Shown: positions 16,793 to 25,373, numbered from the stretch's first letter. The stretch is DNA of 32,000 nt from Candidatus Bathyarchaeota archaeon (GCA_963697165.1 CAVOMX010000014.1:49862-81861); one strand, 5' to 3'. Notes: generated from the sequence alone by a model not told the origin. Numbers and translations: made by a program.

Positions 16793-17673
16793 ATGGTTGA
16801 AAAAAAATTCATAGCAATCGTACTGGTTTGTGTTGCTCTATCGGTTGGATTAATTGGAACTACAATGGCACTTGACCAGAAAGACAAGGAGACAGCAAAT
16901 CAAAACGTGATCAAATCTCGGGACTTGAAAACGAAAAACTTACTTTAGAAGCTCAAGTTTCAACCATTCAATCTGAAAAGGTCATTCTGGAAATCCAAGC
17001 TTCAAACATCCAATCCGAAACCACGTCACTAAACGACGAAAAGAATGCTCTTGAAACTCAAGTTTCGAGCCTCCAATCCGAAACAACTGCATTAGAAAAC
17101 GAAAAAAGCACACTAGAAACACAAGTTTCAGATCTGCAAGGTAACGTTTCACGTCTCCAATCCGAAGTATCCTCATTAGAAAGCGACAAACTTTCTTTAG
17201 AAACACAAGTTTTGAAACTTCAAGCTGATGTCACGTCATTGGAAAATGAGGTTATTCAAAGCTTCAGCTCAGGTTATGCTGACGGCAAATCTGACGGTTA
17301 CCAACTCGGCTACGATGATGGATATGTTCAAGGCACAGAAGAAATGTCTGGAAGCGGCTGGTACTTAAGAGACCCAACATATGATGAGGCGATTGTTTTC
17401 ATAAATTCGGACACAACAGATCAAAATGAGTGGACCCCTACGTATGTTTGTTATGACTTTACAGCCGACTTCAACTACAACGCCCTTCAGGCGGGTTACA
17501 GATGCGGATTTGTGTATATCGAATTTGACGACGGGGCTCATGCAATAACATGTTTCAACACTACAGACAGGGGACTAATCTACATAGAACCCCAAACTGA
17601 CGAAATAGTTCCAGTAGCAATTGGTCAACTCTATGACGTCTACATCATAGAACGTTTGGGCATTATCTGGTGA
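16793..17673 (+). CDS. Membrane-anchored coiled-coil protein with a C-terminal Cys-His-Asp (transglutaminase/papain-like) domain. It is split by a -1 frame change between 16876 and 16948.
   Basis: ATG at 16793 lies 10 nt after GGAGG and gives MVEKKFIAIVLVCVALSVGLIGTTMAL..., stopping at 16946-16948. The -1 frame is open from 16876 and encodes 16 heptads and the globular domain, but has no start codon before the TTG at 17212. Confidence 0.7.
16924..17259 (+). repeat. Coding tandem repeat of 16 uninterrupted heptads (21-bp period, higher-order 63-bp units)
   Basis: The heptads begin LENEKLT/LEAQVST/IQSEKVI/LEIQASN/IQSETTS/LNDEKNA/LETQVSS/LQSETTA/LENEKST/LETQVSD and so on. Leu or Ile occupies the first position of every heptad. 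Confidence 0.85.
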
Positions 17674-17735
17674 TTCGGGAACCAAAAAACAGCTCTAAAC
17701 CCCCCTTTTTATTCCTGACCAGCGAAAAGGCAGGT

Positions 17736-18209
17736 TTATGTTGTTAGAGCGTTCTTGAGGGGATCTTCAGGTTTGTCTTTGATTATGCTGTGAATGATGA
17801 AAGTTTCTGTCTCTTTGACACCGTTCAAGTCATGAATTTTTTTGACCAAGTCAGTTAACTCTTTGTTGTTCTTTACTAACACTTTTGCGATACTGTCATA
17901 TTTGCCAAAGATTCTTTGAAACTCAGACACCTGCGGGAAACTTTTCACAATGTCTTCAGTCTCTTTTCTATAATCATTTCGTGGGTCTTCTCGCATCAAT
18001 ATGTATGCTTGAATAGTCAGACCTAAAATTTCGGGTTCTATTTTTGGAAAAAAGGAGATTAGCAAACCAGAGTCATGCATTTTTTCAATCTTTTTTGCTA
18101 CAGTTTGCCGTGTGACGCCTATATCTTCGGCTATTTTTAGAATTGGACGTTGTCCCTTCTCTAATAAATTGAGTAGAATCTTTTTTTCCAAATCTTTGAC
18201 ACTTAACAT
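17736..18209 (-). CDS. Lrp/AsnC-family transcriptional regulator
   Basis: The N-terminal HTH is LEKKILLNLLEKGQRPILKIAEDIGVTRQTVAKKIEKMHDSGLL and the C-terminal part is a RAM-like domain. The protein is 157 aa and diverges from pckG. Confidence 0.85.
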   Translation of the reverse strand: MLSVKDLEKKILLNLLEKGQRPILKIAEDIGVTRQTVAKKIEKMHDSGLLISFFPKIEPEILGLTIQAYILMREDPRNDYRKETEDIVKSFPQVSEFQRIFGKYDSIAKVLVKNNKELTDLVKKIHDLNGVKETETFIIHSIIKDKPEDPLKNALTT

Positions 18210-18292
18210 TTTGTTAACGTAACCTTTAAAAGTGTTAGCAATTTTTAAACTTTTCTAACGATTAATCAACACGGAGTAAAAGAGGCTAAACC

Positions 18293-20170
18293 ATGAACCC
18301 ATACATTGAAGCATTACGACCTAAACTAAGCAAATCGGACTACGAAAAACTGTGTGCAATAACAATTCCCAAAGTCCATGAATTCATCGCCAAATCTGCT
18401 GACCTTTGCAACGCCGAACATGTATTCATCTGCTGCGATTCTGCTGAAGACAAAAATTACATCCGGCAACAAGCAATCGCCAGCAAAGAAGAAACCGCAT
18501 TGGACATCCATGGACACACCATCCACTTTGATGGCTTTTATGATCAGGGACGAGATCGAAAAGCCACAAAATACCTTGTACCTAAAAGAATTTTTCTCAG
18601 CAAAGCTCTCAACCAAATTGACCGTCAAGAAGGTTTAGCAGAAGTAAAAGGGCTACTCAGAGACTCCATGACAGGTCGAACATTGATTGCACGTTTTCTT
18701 TCTTTAGGACCCGCCAACTCAGTATTCACAATTCTTGGATTACAATGCACTGATTCATGGTATGTAGCCCACTCAGAAGACCTCTTATACAGGCCTGGCT
18801 ACAAAGTTTTCAGCCAATCAGGCTCGGACACAGACTTTTTACGAGTCTTACATTCAGCAGGGAAACTAACCGAGAATATGGTCAGCGCAGAACATACCAA
18901 AAAATGTATCTACATAGACCACATGGACAACACAATCTACAGTCTCAACACCCAATACGCAGGCAATTCGATAGGTTTTAAGAAACTCGCCTTTCGCTTA
19001 GCTATCCGAAAAGCAAACACTGAAGGATGGCTAGCCGAGCACATGATGTTAATGGGTGTGCATGGTCCTAATGGGCGCAAAACATATTTTGCTGGTGCGT
19101 TTCCCAGCGCCTGCGGAAAAACATCTACAGCTATGTTGCCAGGCGAAACCATTCTAGGCGATGACATTGCATACATTCGTGAGATTGATTCAGTTGCAAA
19201 AGCAGTAAATGTTGAAGCAGGCATTTTTGGAATTATGAAAGATGTTAACCCTATAGATGATGCGTCAATCTTTAAGGTGCTTCATAATCCAGGCGAAATC
19301 ATCTTTTCTAACGTGTTGATTAAAGACGGAAAACCATACTGGTTGGGCATGGGCAGTGAACTTCCTAAAGAAGGAATTAACTTCTCAGGAAAATGGTACG
19401 AAGGCAAGAAAGACGAAAAAGGTAACGAAATTCCAGCTGCCCACAAGAACGCGCGATACGCAGTAACTCTAAAAGCACTGGAAAATTGTGACCCCGAATT
19501 AGAAAACCCGTTAGGAGTTGAGTTGAAAGGCATAATGTATGGCGGACGGGACACTAAAGCCTATGTTCCTGTGCAACAAAGCTTTGATTGGGAGCACGGA
19601 ATTATCGCTTACGGAGCATCTTTGGAAACGGAAACAACTTTTGCTACAATAGGTAAAGAAGGAGTGCCTGAAATTAACATGATGAGCATTCAGGACTTCA
19701 TTTCCATTCCATTAGGAAAGAATGTGCGGAATAACGTTGAGTTTGGAAAGAAGCTCGAGAAACCGCCCGTTGTTTTTGGAGTTAACTATTTCTTGCAGGA
19801 CAAAAAAGGCAACTACCTCAATGACCCGCGGGACAAACATGTTTGGGTAAAATGGATGGAACTACGAGTCCACGACGAAGTTGATGCAATAAAAACACCC
19901 ACTGGATACATCCCAAAATATGAAGATTTATGCAAGCTCTTCAAACAGTTACTAGATAAAGACTACAGCAAAGAAGATTATGTCAAACAGTTCAGCATTC
20001 GGGTTCAAGAAAATATGGCTAAAATCAAGCGAGTCAGACAGTTCTATAAGAAGAATGTCACGTATACGCCAGAAGCGGTGTTTTGGGTACTAAACGAGCA
20101 GTACGAGCGCATCCTTAACGCCAAAGAAAAATATGGCAACTACATTTCACCCGAAGAATTCAAAGAATAA
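18293..20170 (+). CDS. pckG: Phosphoenolpyruvate carboxykinase (GTP)
   Basis: 625 aa with the kinase-1a motif FPSACGKTSTAML followed by GDDIAYI and, later, YGGRD. These are characteristic of GTP-dependent PEPCK. Confidence 0.9.
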   Translation: MNPYIEALRPKLSKSDYEKLCAITIPKVHEFIAKSADLCNAEHVFICCDSAEDKNYIRQQAIASKEETALDIHGHTIHFDGFYDQGRDRKATKYLVPKRIFLSKALNQIDRQEGLAEVKGLLRDSMTGRTLIARFLSLGPANSVFTILGLQCTDSWYVAHSEDLLYRPGYKVFSQSGSDTDFLRVLHSAGKLTENMVSAEHTKKCIYIDHMDNTIYSLNTQYAGNSIGFKKLAFRLAIRKANTEGWLAEHMMLMGVHGPNGRKTYFAGAFPSACGKTSTAMLPGETILGDDIAYIREIDSVAKAVNVEAGIFGIMKDVNPIDDASIFKVLHNPGEIIFSNVLIKDGKPYWLGMGSELPKEGINFSGKWYEGKKDEKGNEIPAAHKNARYAVTLKALENCDPELENPLGVELKGIMYGGRDTKAYVPVQQSFDWEHGIIAYGASLETETTFATIGKEGVPEINMMSIQDFISIPLGKNVRNNVEFGKKLEKPPVVFGVNYFLQDKKGNYLNDPRDKHVWVKWMELRVHDEVDAIKTPTGYIPKYEDLCKLFKQLLDKDYSKEDYVKQFSIRVQENMAKIKRVRQFYKKNVTYTPEAVFWVLNEQYERILNAKEKYGNYISPEEFKE

Positions 20171-20182
20171 AATAGAAAAAAG

Positions 20183-20217
20183 GGGGAATTCCCCAATTTT
20201 TCTTATTTTGCTTTTTT
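20183..20217 (+). terminator. Palindrome plus oligo-T terminator downstream of pckG
   Basis: A perfect 12-bp palindrome GGGGAATTCCCC (20183-20194) is followed by the T-runs TTTTTCTTATTTTGCTTTTTTT. Confidence 0.5.
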
Positions 20218-20281
20218 TGAAAACGGAAAATCTATAGGCTAGTCCTAATAAGAACATTAAATAATCCGTTAAGTATGGCGT

Positions 20282-20358
20282 GCCTCGGTGGCTCAGCCCG
20301 GTAGAGCGGCAGCCTTGTAAGCTGTTGGTCGCGGGATCAAATCCCGCCCGAGGCTCCA
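20282..20358 (+). tRNA. tRNA-Thr (anticodon UGU), CCA encoded
   Basis: It is identical to the tRNA at 16548..16624 except for position 34 (T instead of C; loop CU-UGU-AA), so the cloverleaf is the same. Confidence 0.95.
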
Positions 20359-20458
20359 TTTACATATTCTGAACTTTTTGAAACATTTTTTAAGTGTAAT
20401 TTAGATACGTTACTTTTCAAAGACTTTGCCTTGAGTAATCTGGATGTGAAAGAACGTT

Positions 20459-21235
20459 ATGGTGTCGCTTATCGAAATTTTGATTCTAGCGGTTATTCAG
20501 GGTTTAACAGAGTGGTTACCCGTCTCTAGTTCGGGTCATCTCATAATCATCCAAAAAGTTCTCGGATTGAACCTTCCACTAATCTACAGTGTAATGTTGC
20601 ATGTTGGCACTTTGTTCGTTGTTCTCACAGTTTTTCGGAAAGATATCTTAGACATTATCAAAGCTTTGGTTAAACGCGATTTTGGTACTGAAGAGGGAAA
20701 ACTTGGGTTATTCATAACCGTTGGCAGCGTGCCAATTGCCATTATAGGCTTCGTTTTCTACGATGTATTCGAATCTCTATTCTATAACCTCCCTGTCGTA
20801 GGTTTAGCCCTATTAATCACGGGTTGGATAATCTTCGTTTCCGAAAAAAGATTAGGCAACAGAAAAATGGGCATCCTAGATTCACTTATAATGGGACTGG
20901 CTCAAGGAGTCACCATAATCCCAGGCATCTCCAGAAGCGGCATAACAATAGCCACAGGATTACTAAGAAAAATTGACAAAGCAACCGCTTTTAGGTATTC
21001 ATTCTTGTTATCTGTGCCCGCCGTAATAGGAGCAACAGTCATGGAATCAAAAGACTTGGTGACGGGAAACGTGGACGCGGTTCCGTTGTTTCTGGGAGCA
21101 ATAATTTCCATGGTAGTGGGTTACACATCTCTTAAACTTCTTCAGAAGATAATTATGAACGAGAAATTCCACCTATTTGCATATTACTGTTGGACAGTAG
21201 GAATAGCGATAATTCTTTTCACAATCTTTCAATAA
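20459..21235 (+). CDS. uppP: Undecaprenyl-diphosphatase (UppP/BacA family)
   Basis: It has GLTEWLPVSSSGHLII and, later, PGISRSGITI. The protein is 258 aa and polytopic. Confidence 0.9.
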   Translation: MVSLIEILILAVIQGLTEWLPVSSSGHLIIIQKVLGLNLPLIYSVMLHVGTLFVVLTVFRKDILDIIKALVKRDFGTEEGKLGLFITVGSVPIAIIGFVFYDVFESLFYNLPVVGLALLITGWIIFVSEKRLGNRKMGILDSLIMGLAQGVTIIPGISRSGITIATGLLRKIDKATAFRYSFLLSVPAVIGATVMESKDLVTGNVDAVPLFLGAIISMVVGYTSLKLLQKIIMNEKFHLFAYYCWTVGIAIILFTIFQ

Positions 21236-21359
21236 AGTAGGTATATGTTCTCTCTAAAAAAGAGGGAAACTTCTTAAGGTTGATCGAGATTTTTGAAAAG
21301 GAAGACTAACGTATTTAAGCTATGTAACCAATATTGAAAAAGAATGTAGAGGGGATATC

Positions 21360-21659
21360 GTGGGAAGGAAGGTCAAACGCGAAGACTATAATGCAATCAA
21401 AGTGCCAGCAGGAAACGATGTAATAGGCATAGCCAAAACAATGCTTGGGTTCGACAGACTAATGGTGAGCTGCCAAGACGGACATGAACGCCTCTGTAGG
21501 ATACGCGGAAAAATGAAACGCAGAATGTGGATAAGAGTAGGAGATATCGTTTTGGTTTCTCCCTGGGATTTTCAATCTGACGAGCGGGGTGACATAATAT
21601 GGCGTTACAAGAGAAATCAGGGAGACTGGTTGAGAAGAAAAGGCTACATGAAAGTTTGA
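21360..21659 (+). CDS. eif1A: Translation initiation factor aIF-1A
   Basis: The S1-like OB-fold sequence is RLCRIRGKMKRRMWIRVGDIVLVSPWDFQSDERGDIIWRY. The protein is 99 aa with a GTG start. Confidence 0.9.
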   Translation: MGRKVKREDYNAIKVPAGNDVIGIAKTMLGFDRLMVSCQDGHERLCRIRGKMKRRMWIRVGDIVLVSPWDFQSDERGDIIWRYKRNQGDWLRRKGYMKV

Positions 21660-21751
21660 CATAACCTGTAACTATCATCTTTTTGATTAACAGTAGGATT
21701 TAAAAGAGAGTCTATCCAACAATAACAGCACAAATATCGGAGAATCGAAAA

Positions 21752-22048
21752 ATGAGCAAAAAAACTAGTGACTCAAACATTATATACGTAGGAAGAAAAC
21801 CTCCCATGAATTATGTGTTAGGCATCGTAACCGCTTTCAGCGGATCCGAAACAAAAGATGTTACTGTGAAGGCGAGAGGACAAGCTATAACAACAGCAGT
21901 TGATGCAGTCGAAATAGCTAGGCGCAGATTCGTAAAAGAAATGAAAGTAGACAAAATTGCCATCGGAACCGAAGAGATGCCGCCAAGGGAAGGAGAAAGT
22001 AACTCAAGGATGATTTCAACCATTGAGATCACCTTGAAACGAAGCTAG
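21752..22048 (+). CDS. albA: Alba DNA/RNA-binding protein
   Basis: NIIYVGRKPPMNYVLGIVTAF..VTVKARGQAITTAVDAVEIARRRF..ISTIEITL matches the Alba family. The protein is 98 aa. Confidence 0.9.
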   Translation: MSKKTSDSNIIYVGRKPPMNYVLGIVTAFSGSETKDVTVKARGQAITTAVDAVEIARRRFVKEMKVDKIAIGTEEMPPREGESNSRMISTIEITLKRS

Positions 22049-22306
22049 ACAACAACTGCTAGCGTATTCTCTACGTATTTCGGAAAACGGACAAAATCTC
22101 GACTAAAGGTCGCAGTGTCTGGAGCTCCCTAGATGGAGTTCTTTGTGGTTCACTGCAGCAAATGGGTGTTCGCAGATAGTCCGTAATCTAATCGAATTTT
22201 TTTCTTTTTTTTGTTTCCAATTAACGTCTTTGTTAATTATTTAACTTATTATTATACCGTAAGACTTAAGACTTGATATAGTTTAATAGATAAATAGGGA
22301 AAGCGC

Positions 22307-22873
22307 TTGGGAAAAGCCACCTTACTAACACCGGTGTACATCTCCGTAGCATGGACATTGATGACCAGCTACCAGCTTTTTACTCAAACAACAGTAGATA
22401 CAGTTACGACATACATCTACACGTATTTGCCTACAGTAGGCGCTTGGATGGCTTCCAGAATAGACATGCTCGTATTCATCCATTCATTCGCATGGATCTT
22501 CCTTTTGTCATCATTTATTCCTTCATTACTTCTGGGAAAGCAGAGAGGCGTCCTTGTCCAATTCGGTCTATGCTTAACATTGGCAGTTTTGGCAAATATT
22601 GTTCAAGGTGCTGTGGCCGACATCAGCCAAGGACCACTAGATCAAATCCTAGGCGTAGCACCATTGTTCCAAAATCCAGTATTGGCCGCAGGTTATATGT
22701 CGTTACCATATCTTTTGATGGTTTGGTTCGATATTCGGGGTAAACGCAAAAAGATAGAAATGTTAAATTTTAAAATGGAAAGTAACGATTTTCCAGAAGA
22801 CGTTTTCATTGTTGAAAACGATTTTAGAGAAGAGGAAAAAGCACAAGAATACGAACAAACACATCCACAATAA
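22307..22873 (+). CDS. Hypothetical membrane protein (about 4 TM, acidic C-terminal tail)
   Basis: It has hydrophobic segments and an EDVFIVENDFREEEKAQEYEQ tail. Its stop overlaps the next start (TAATG). Confidence 0.55.
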   Translation: MGKATLLTPVYISVAWTLMTSYQLFTQTTVDTVTTYIYTYLPTVGAWMASRIDMLVFIHSFAWIFLLSSFIPSLLLGKQRGVLVQFGLCLTLAVLANIVQGAVADISQGPLDQILGVAPLFQNPVLAAGYMSLPYLLMVWFDIRGKRKKIEMLNFKMESNDFPEDVFIVENDFREEEKAQEYEQTHPQ

Positions 22874-23502
22874 TGCATGCTCGTAACAAAAATCCAAGTA
22901 TTGTCTACTGGCTTGGTAACAGCATATACTTGAACGTAACCAACAGGTGTTCCAACAATTGCTATTTTTGTTTCAGAAAATTCAAGAACGGCATTCAAGA
23001 ATTTAACCTAAAGTTGCAAAAGGAACCGACCACAAAAGAAGCGATGGAAGAACTGGGAAAGGTCATAAACAGAAAAAACTGGAGCGAAGTTGTCTTCTGC
23101 GGCTTCGGTGAACCCTTGGAAAGGCTGAATCTTGTTTTGGAAGTAACCCGACGGGTAAAGAAGCAGTATTGGAAGACAGTCAGGGTTGACACTAATGGTC
23201 AAGGATACTTACTTAACAAAGGAATAGATGTAGCGCGGGAGTTGAAGAATGCTGGCGTAGACAAGGTGAGCGTAAGCTTGAACGCTGACGACAAGGAAAC
23301 ATACAACCAAATCTGCAAACCTGTCTTCGAAGAGGCCTATGAAAACGTTTTGGAGTTCATAAAAAGGGCTAAAGACGTGGGTTTAGAAACAGAGGCAACA
23401 GCCTTAACGATCCCCGAGGTGGATATTACAAAAGTTAGGGAACTGGCTGAAAGTCTGGGAGTTAAATTTGCAGTACGAGAATATATTCCATTCTTCTGGT
23501 AG
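22873..23502 (+). CDS. Small radical SAM protein (size and motif resemble the 'TatD-associated' subtype)
   Basis: YLNVTNRCSNNCYFCF carries the CxxxCxxC cluster motif near the N-terminus, and a GFGEPL glycine-rich SAM motif follows. The protein is 209 aa. Confidence 0.75.
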   Translation: MHARNKNPSIVYWLGNSIYLNVTNRCSNNCYFCFRKFKNGIQEFNLKLQKEPTTKEAMEELGKVINRKNWSEVVFCGFGEPLERLNLVLEVTRRVKKQYWKTVRVDTNGQGYLLNKGIDVARELKNAGVDKVSVSLNADDKETYNQICKPVFEEAYENVLEFIKRAKDVGLETEATALTIPEVDITKVRELAESLGVKFAVREYIPFFW

Positions 23503-23599
23503 AACACCCAACAACGTAGATGATGTGAACGTTATAACAAGTTAGCGAACTGAAAAACTAATCTTCGAGACTGAAGTCTAAATCTGAAGAGTATTCATT

Positions 23600-23869
23600 T
23601 TAGGGAATATTGAATCCTACTAAACGGATTTTGCTGTTACACTTGTTACACTGAATTTCCAATTCTTCTAGATTGTCACCACTAACTATGGTGTCGAGTA
23701 TCATGTAAACGTCCTCGGTTTCATCTTCAGGAGATATGATTGTTCCACAACATGGACACGGGAAGTCTCCTTCTCCTTGAAGTTCGGTCAGGTCCATTTT
23801 ATACACCAGAGGTGGTTGCATAGATTCCATCTTCCTTTGAGTATTGATTCTTTCTGTGTTTCTATTCAA
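23600..23869 (-). CDS. Small zinc-ribbon protein. The true start is possibly an internal Met.
   Basis: The Cys pairs CPCC....CNKC are 40 residues apart, and the linker is acidic. Confidence 0.5.
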   Translation of the reverse strand: MNRNTERINTQRKMESMQPPLVYKMDLTELQGEGDFPCPCCGTIISPEDETEDVYMILDTIVSGDNLEELEIQCNKCNSKIRLVGFNIP

Positions 23870-24042
23870 TAAATAACGTTTATGAACGCCTCATCCATTT
23901 CCATTTTACATATCTAACTTAATGTTGATTCGTCTGGATTCTTATTTCGGAAAATGAATTTAATATATCACTGCAGGATTCGGGATACGAAACATATAAA
24001 ATATGCCTAAGAGCATAAGTGGTATAGTATAGAGGGAAAAAA

Positions 24043-24579
24043 TTGGCCCCAAAAGAACGTTCAGTTAAAAGAACTACAATAATTCTGGATGAAAACGAAC
24101 GTGAATACATCGATTTGCTCATACAAGAAGGTAGAGAACCGGGAATAAAACCCCTCATCTCAAAGATGCTTGACGTTTACCGAAGCATGAGCATCTACGA
24201 CTGGAAATTCCCCGGAGAATACTATATTGGAATCAGTCGCGTAGCCTTTCTAAACGTCGAATTTATCGACATTCTTCTCAATTATATCCCCGAAAATAAA
24301 TGGAAAGAAGTTGGACGAAAGATTGGAGAAATGGCTAAAGTTTCTCTGGAGGCAAGCATCGACATAGAAACCACAAACAGGGAAAGATGGCCTGAAGTGT
24401 TTAAGAGGTTGCGGGTCCAAGGTTTCGGAGACTTTTATCTTAAAAACAAATTTGTGATAATTAGAACACCACTTATAAGTAATTCCGAGTTTTTATGTGG
24501 ATTCATAGAAAGTTTGCTTGGAATTAGCTTGGAAGCGAGAACCCTAACACCTCCCCTCGTCTTAGAGATCATCGGCTAA
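24043..24579 (+). CDS. Putative regulator with an N-terminal ribbon-helix-helix and a C-terminal V4R-like sensor domain
   Basis: KRTTIILDENEREYIDLLIQEG is RHH-like (beta strand then helix). The C-terminal GFGDFYLKNKFVIIRTPL...FLCGFIESLLG resembles V4R domains by eye. The start codon is TTG. Confidence 0.5.
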   Translation: MAPKERSVKRTTIILDENEREYIDLLIQEGREPGIKPLISKMLDVYRSMSIYDWKFPGEYYIGISRVAFLNVEFIDILLNYIPENKWKEVGRKIGEMAKVSLEASIDIETTNRERWPEVFKRLRVQGFGDFYLKNKFVIIRTPLISNSEFLCGFIESLLGISLEARTLTPPLVLEIIG

Positions 24580-24601
24580 ATGTATCTTAAGGATGAGGAG
24601 C

Positions 24602-24625
24602 AGAATCTTTGGAGATTCTATTTTT
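24602..24625 (+). terminator. Hairpin plus T5 terminator after the regulator gene
   Basis: AGAATCT-TTGG-AGATTCT forms a perfect 7-bp stem. It is followed by ATTTTT. Confidence 0.5.
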
Positions 24626-24837
24626 AAAAATAGTTTGGCAAAAATAGTCACAGTTGATGAATTTTTTAATGTGATTCGTATAACAAATAGCCAAATAATA
24701 AGTGGGTAATGGCACAATCAATATTATTTTTATATATTTATATTCTGAATTGAATGGTTATTTGCAGTATATATTCTGGTTTCATATGTGTTAAATATTT
24801 TGTCTTCAGAGTTTCTTGACACAGGAGAAGTCTAATA

Positions 24838-25269
24838 ATGAAGAACATCCTAAAATCGAAGAAGGGAATTTCGCCAATCCTCGCTACACTCCTCTTAATC
24901 GTAATTGCCGTAGCAGCAGTCATAGTAACCTACGCTTGGGTCATGACATTCACAGGATCCACCACAAATCAGGCAGGAGCTGTACTAAAAGTTGATAACG
25001 TAAGATTCTACAATGACGGAGCTAACATTGAAATTATAATAAGAAACTCTGGAACAGGTGATGCACAGGTCGACACGGTATATGTAGGTACTACAGTCTC
25101 AAGCCTTGCTACACAAACGGGGGTAGCATATAGTCCAATTTCGCAAATTGTCGCAGCAGGTTCAACACTTAACGCCACAATCACATACGATTGGACAGAT
25201 GGAACAACATACTACTTCAAAATAACCACTGAAGAAGGATTTGAAATTCCATTCAGCAGAGAAGCATAA
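24838..25269 (+). CDS. Archaeal type IV pilin (class III signal peptide), probably the major pilin
   Basis: MKNILKSKKG|ISPILATLLLIVIAVAAVIVTYAWV has a basic n-region, a Gly at -1 and a hydrophobic helix, matching the archaeal pilin N-terminal domain. The protein is 143 aa and is preceded by AGGAG. Confidence 0.85.
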   Translation: MKNILKSKKGISPILATLLLIVIAVAAVIVTYAWVMTFTGSTTNQAGAVLKVDNVRFYNDGANIEIIIRNSGTGDAQVDTVYVGTTVSSLATQTGVAYSPISQIVAAGSTLNATITYDWTDGTTYYFKITTEEGFEIPFSREA

Positions 25270-25373
25270 CATCAACTTCCTCTCTTTCCCTTTCGTTACG
25301 AATAAAACGTAAGTTTTACATCTGAATTTTTATACCCCATTTTTTACAAACATAAACGGCAGATGATCTTAGC

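Noticed and set aside
16982-17206. 74-aa minus-strand ORF with internally repeated sequence (FRIGDVK.., FRIGGSK.., FRIGCLK..)
   Set aside because: It is the antisense read of the heptad-repeat coding region. Its periodicity is inherited from the plus-strand coiled coil.
304-17673. Programmed ribosomal frameshifting as the explanation for the four split genes
   Set aside because: The shifts are +1, -1, +1 and -1. No common slippery heptamer or downstream structure was seen at the sites. None of the genes belongs to a family known for recoding.
18326-19554. ORFs inside pckG (18326..18628, 18378..18638, 18757..18981, 18937..19224, 19282..19554)
   Set aside because: They overlap a 625-aa PEPCK with clear motifs, so they are shadow frames.
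14332-20358. Integrated mobile element at the tRNA-Thr genes
   Set aside because: There is no integrase, transposase, or viral or plasmid gene. The direct repeats are a promoter-like 26-mer and two full-length tRNAs, not a partial tRNA att duplication.
20147-20359. 70-aa minus-strand ORF (MEPRAGFDPATNSLQGCRSTGLSHRG...)
   Set aside because: It is antisense to tRNA-Thr(UGU) and then runs through the pckG terminator. It is not a gene.
22351-22743. 130-aa alternative-frame ORF inside the 22307..22873 membrane-protein gene
   Set aside because: It is Arg/Ser-rich and non-protein-like. The overlapping frame gives coherent TM helices and is coupled to the next gene.
23919-24158. 79-aa minus-strand ORF overlapping the start of the RHH regulator gene
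   Set aside because: It has Ser/Phe/Arg-rich composition and lies antisense to the regulator's N-terminus and promoter region. There is no supporting signal.
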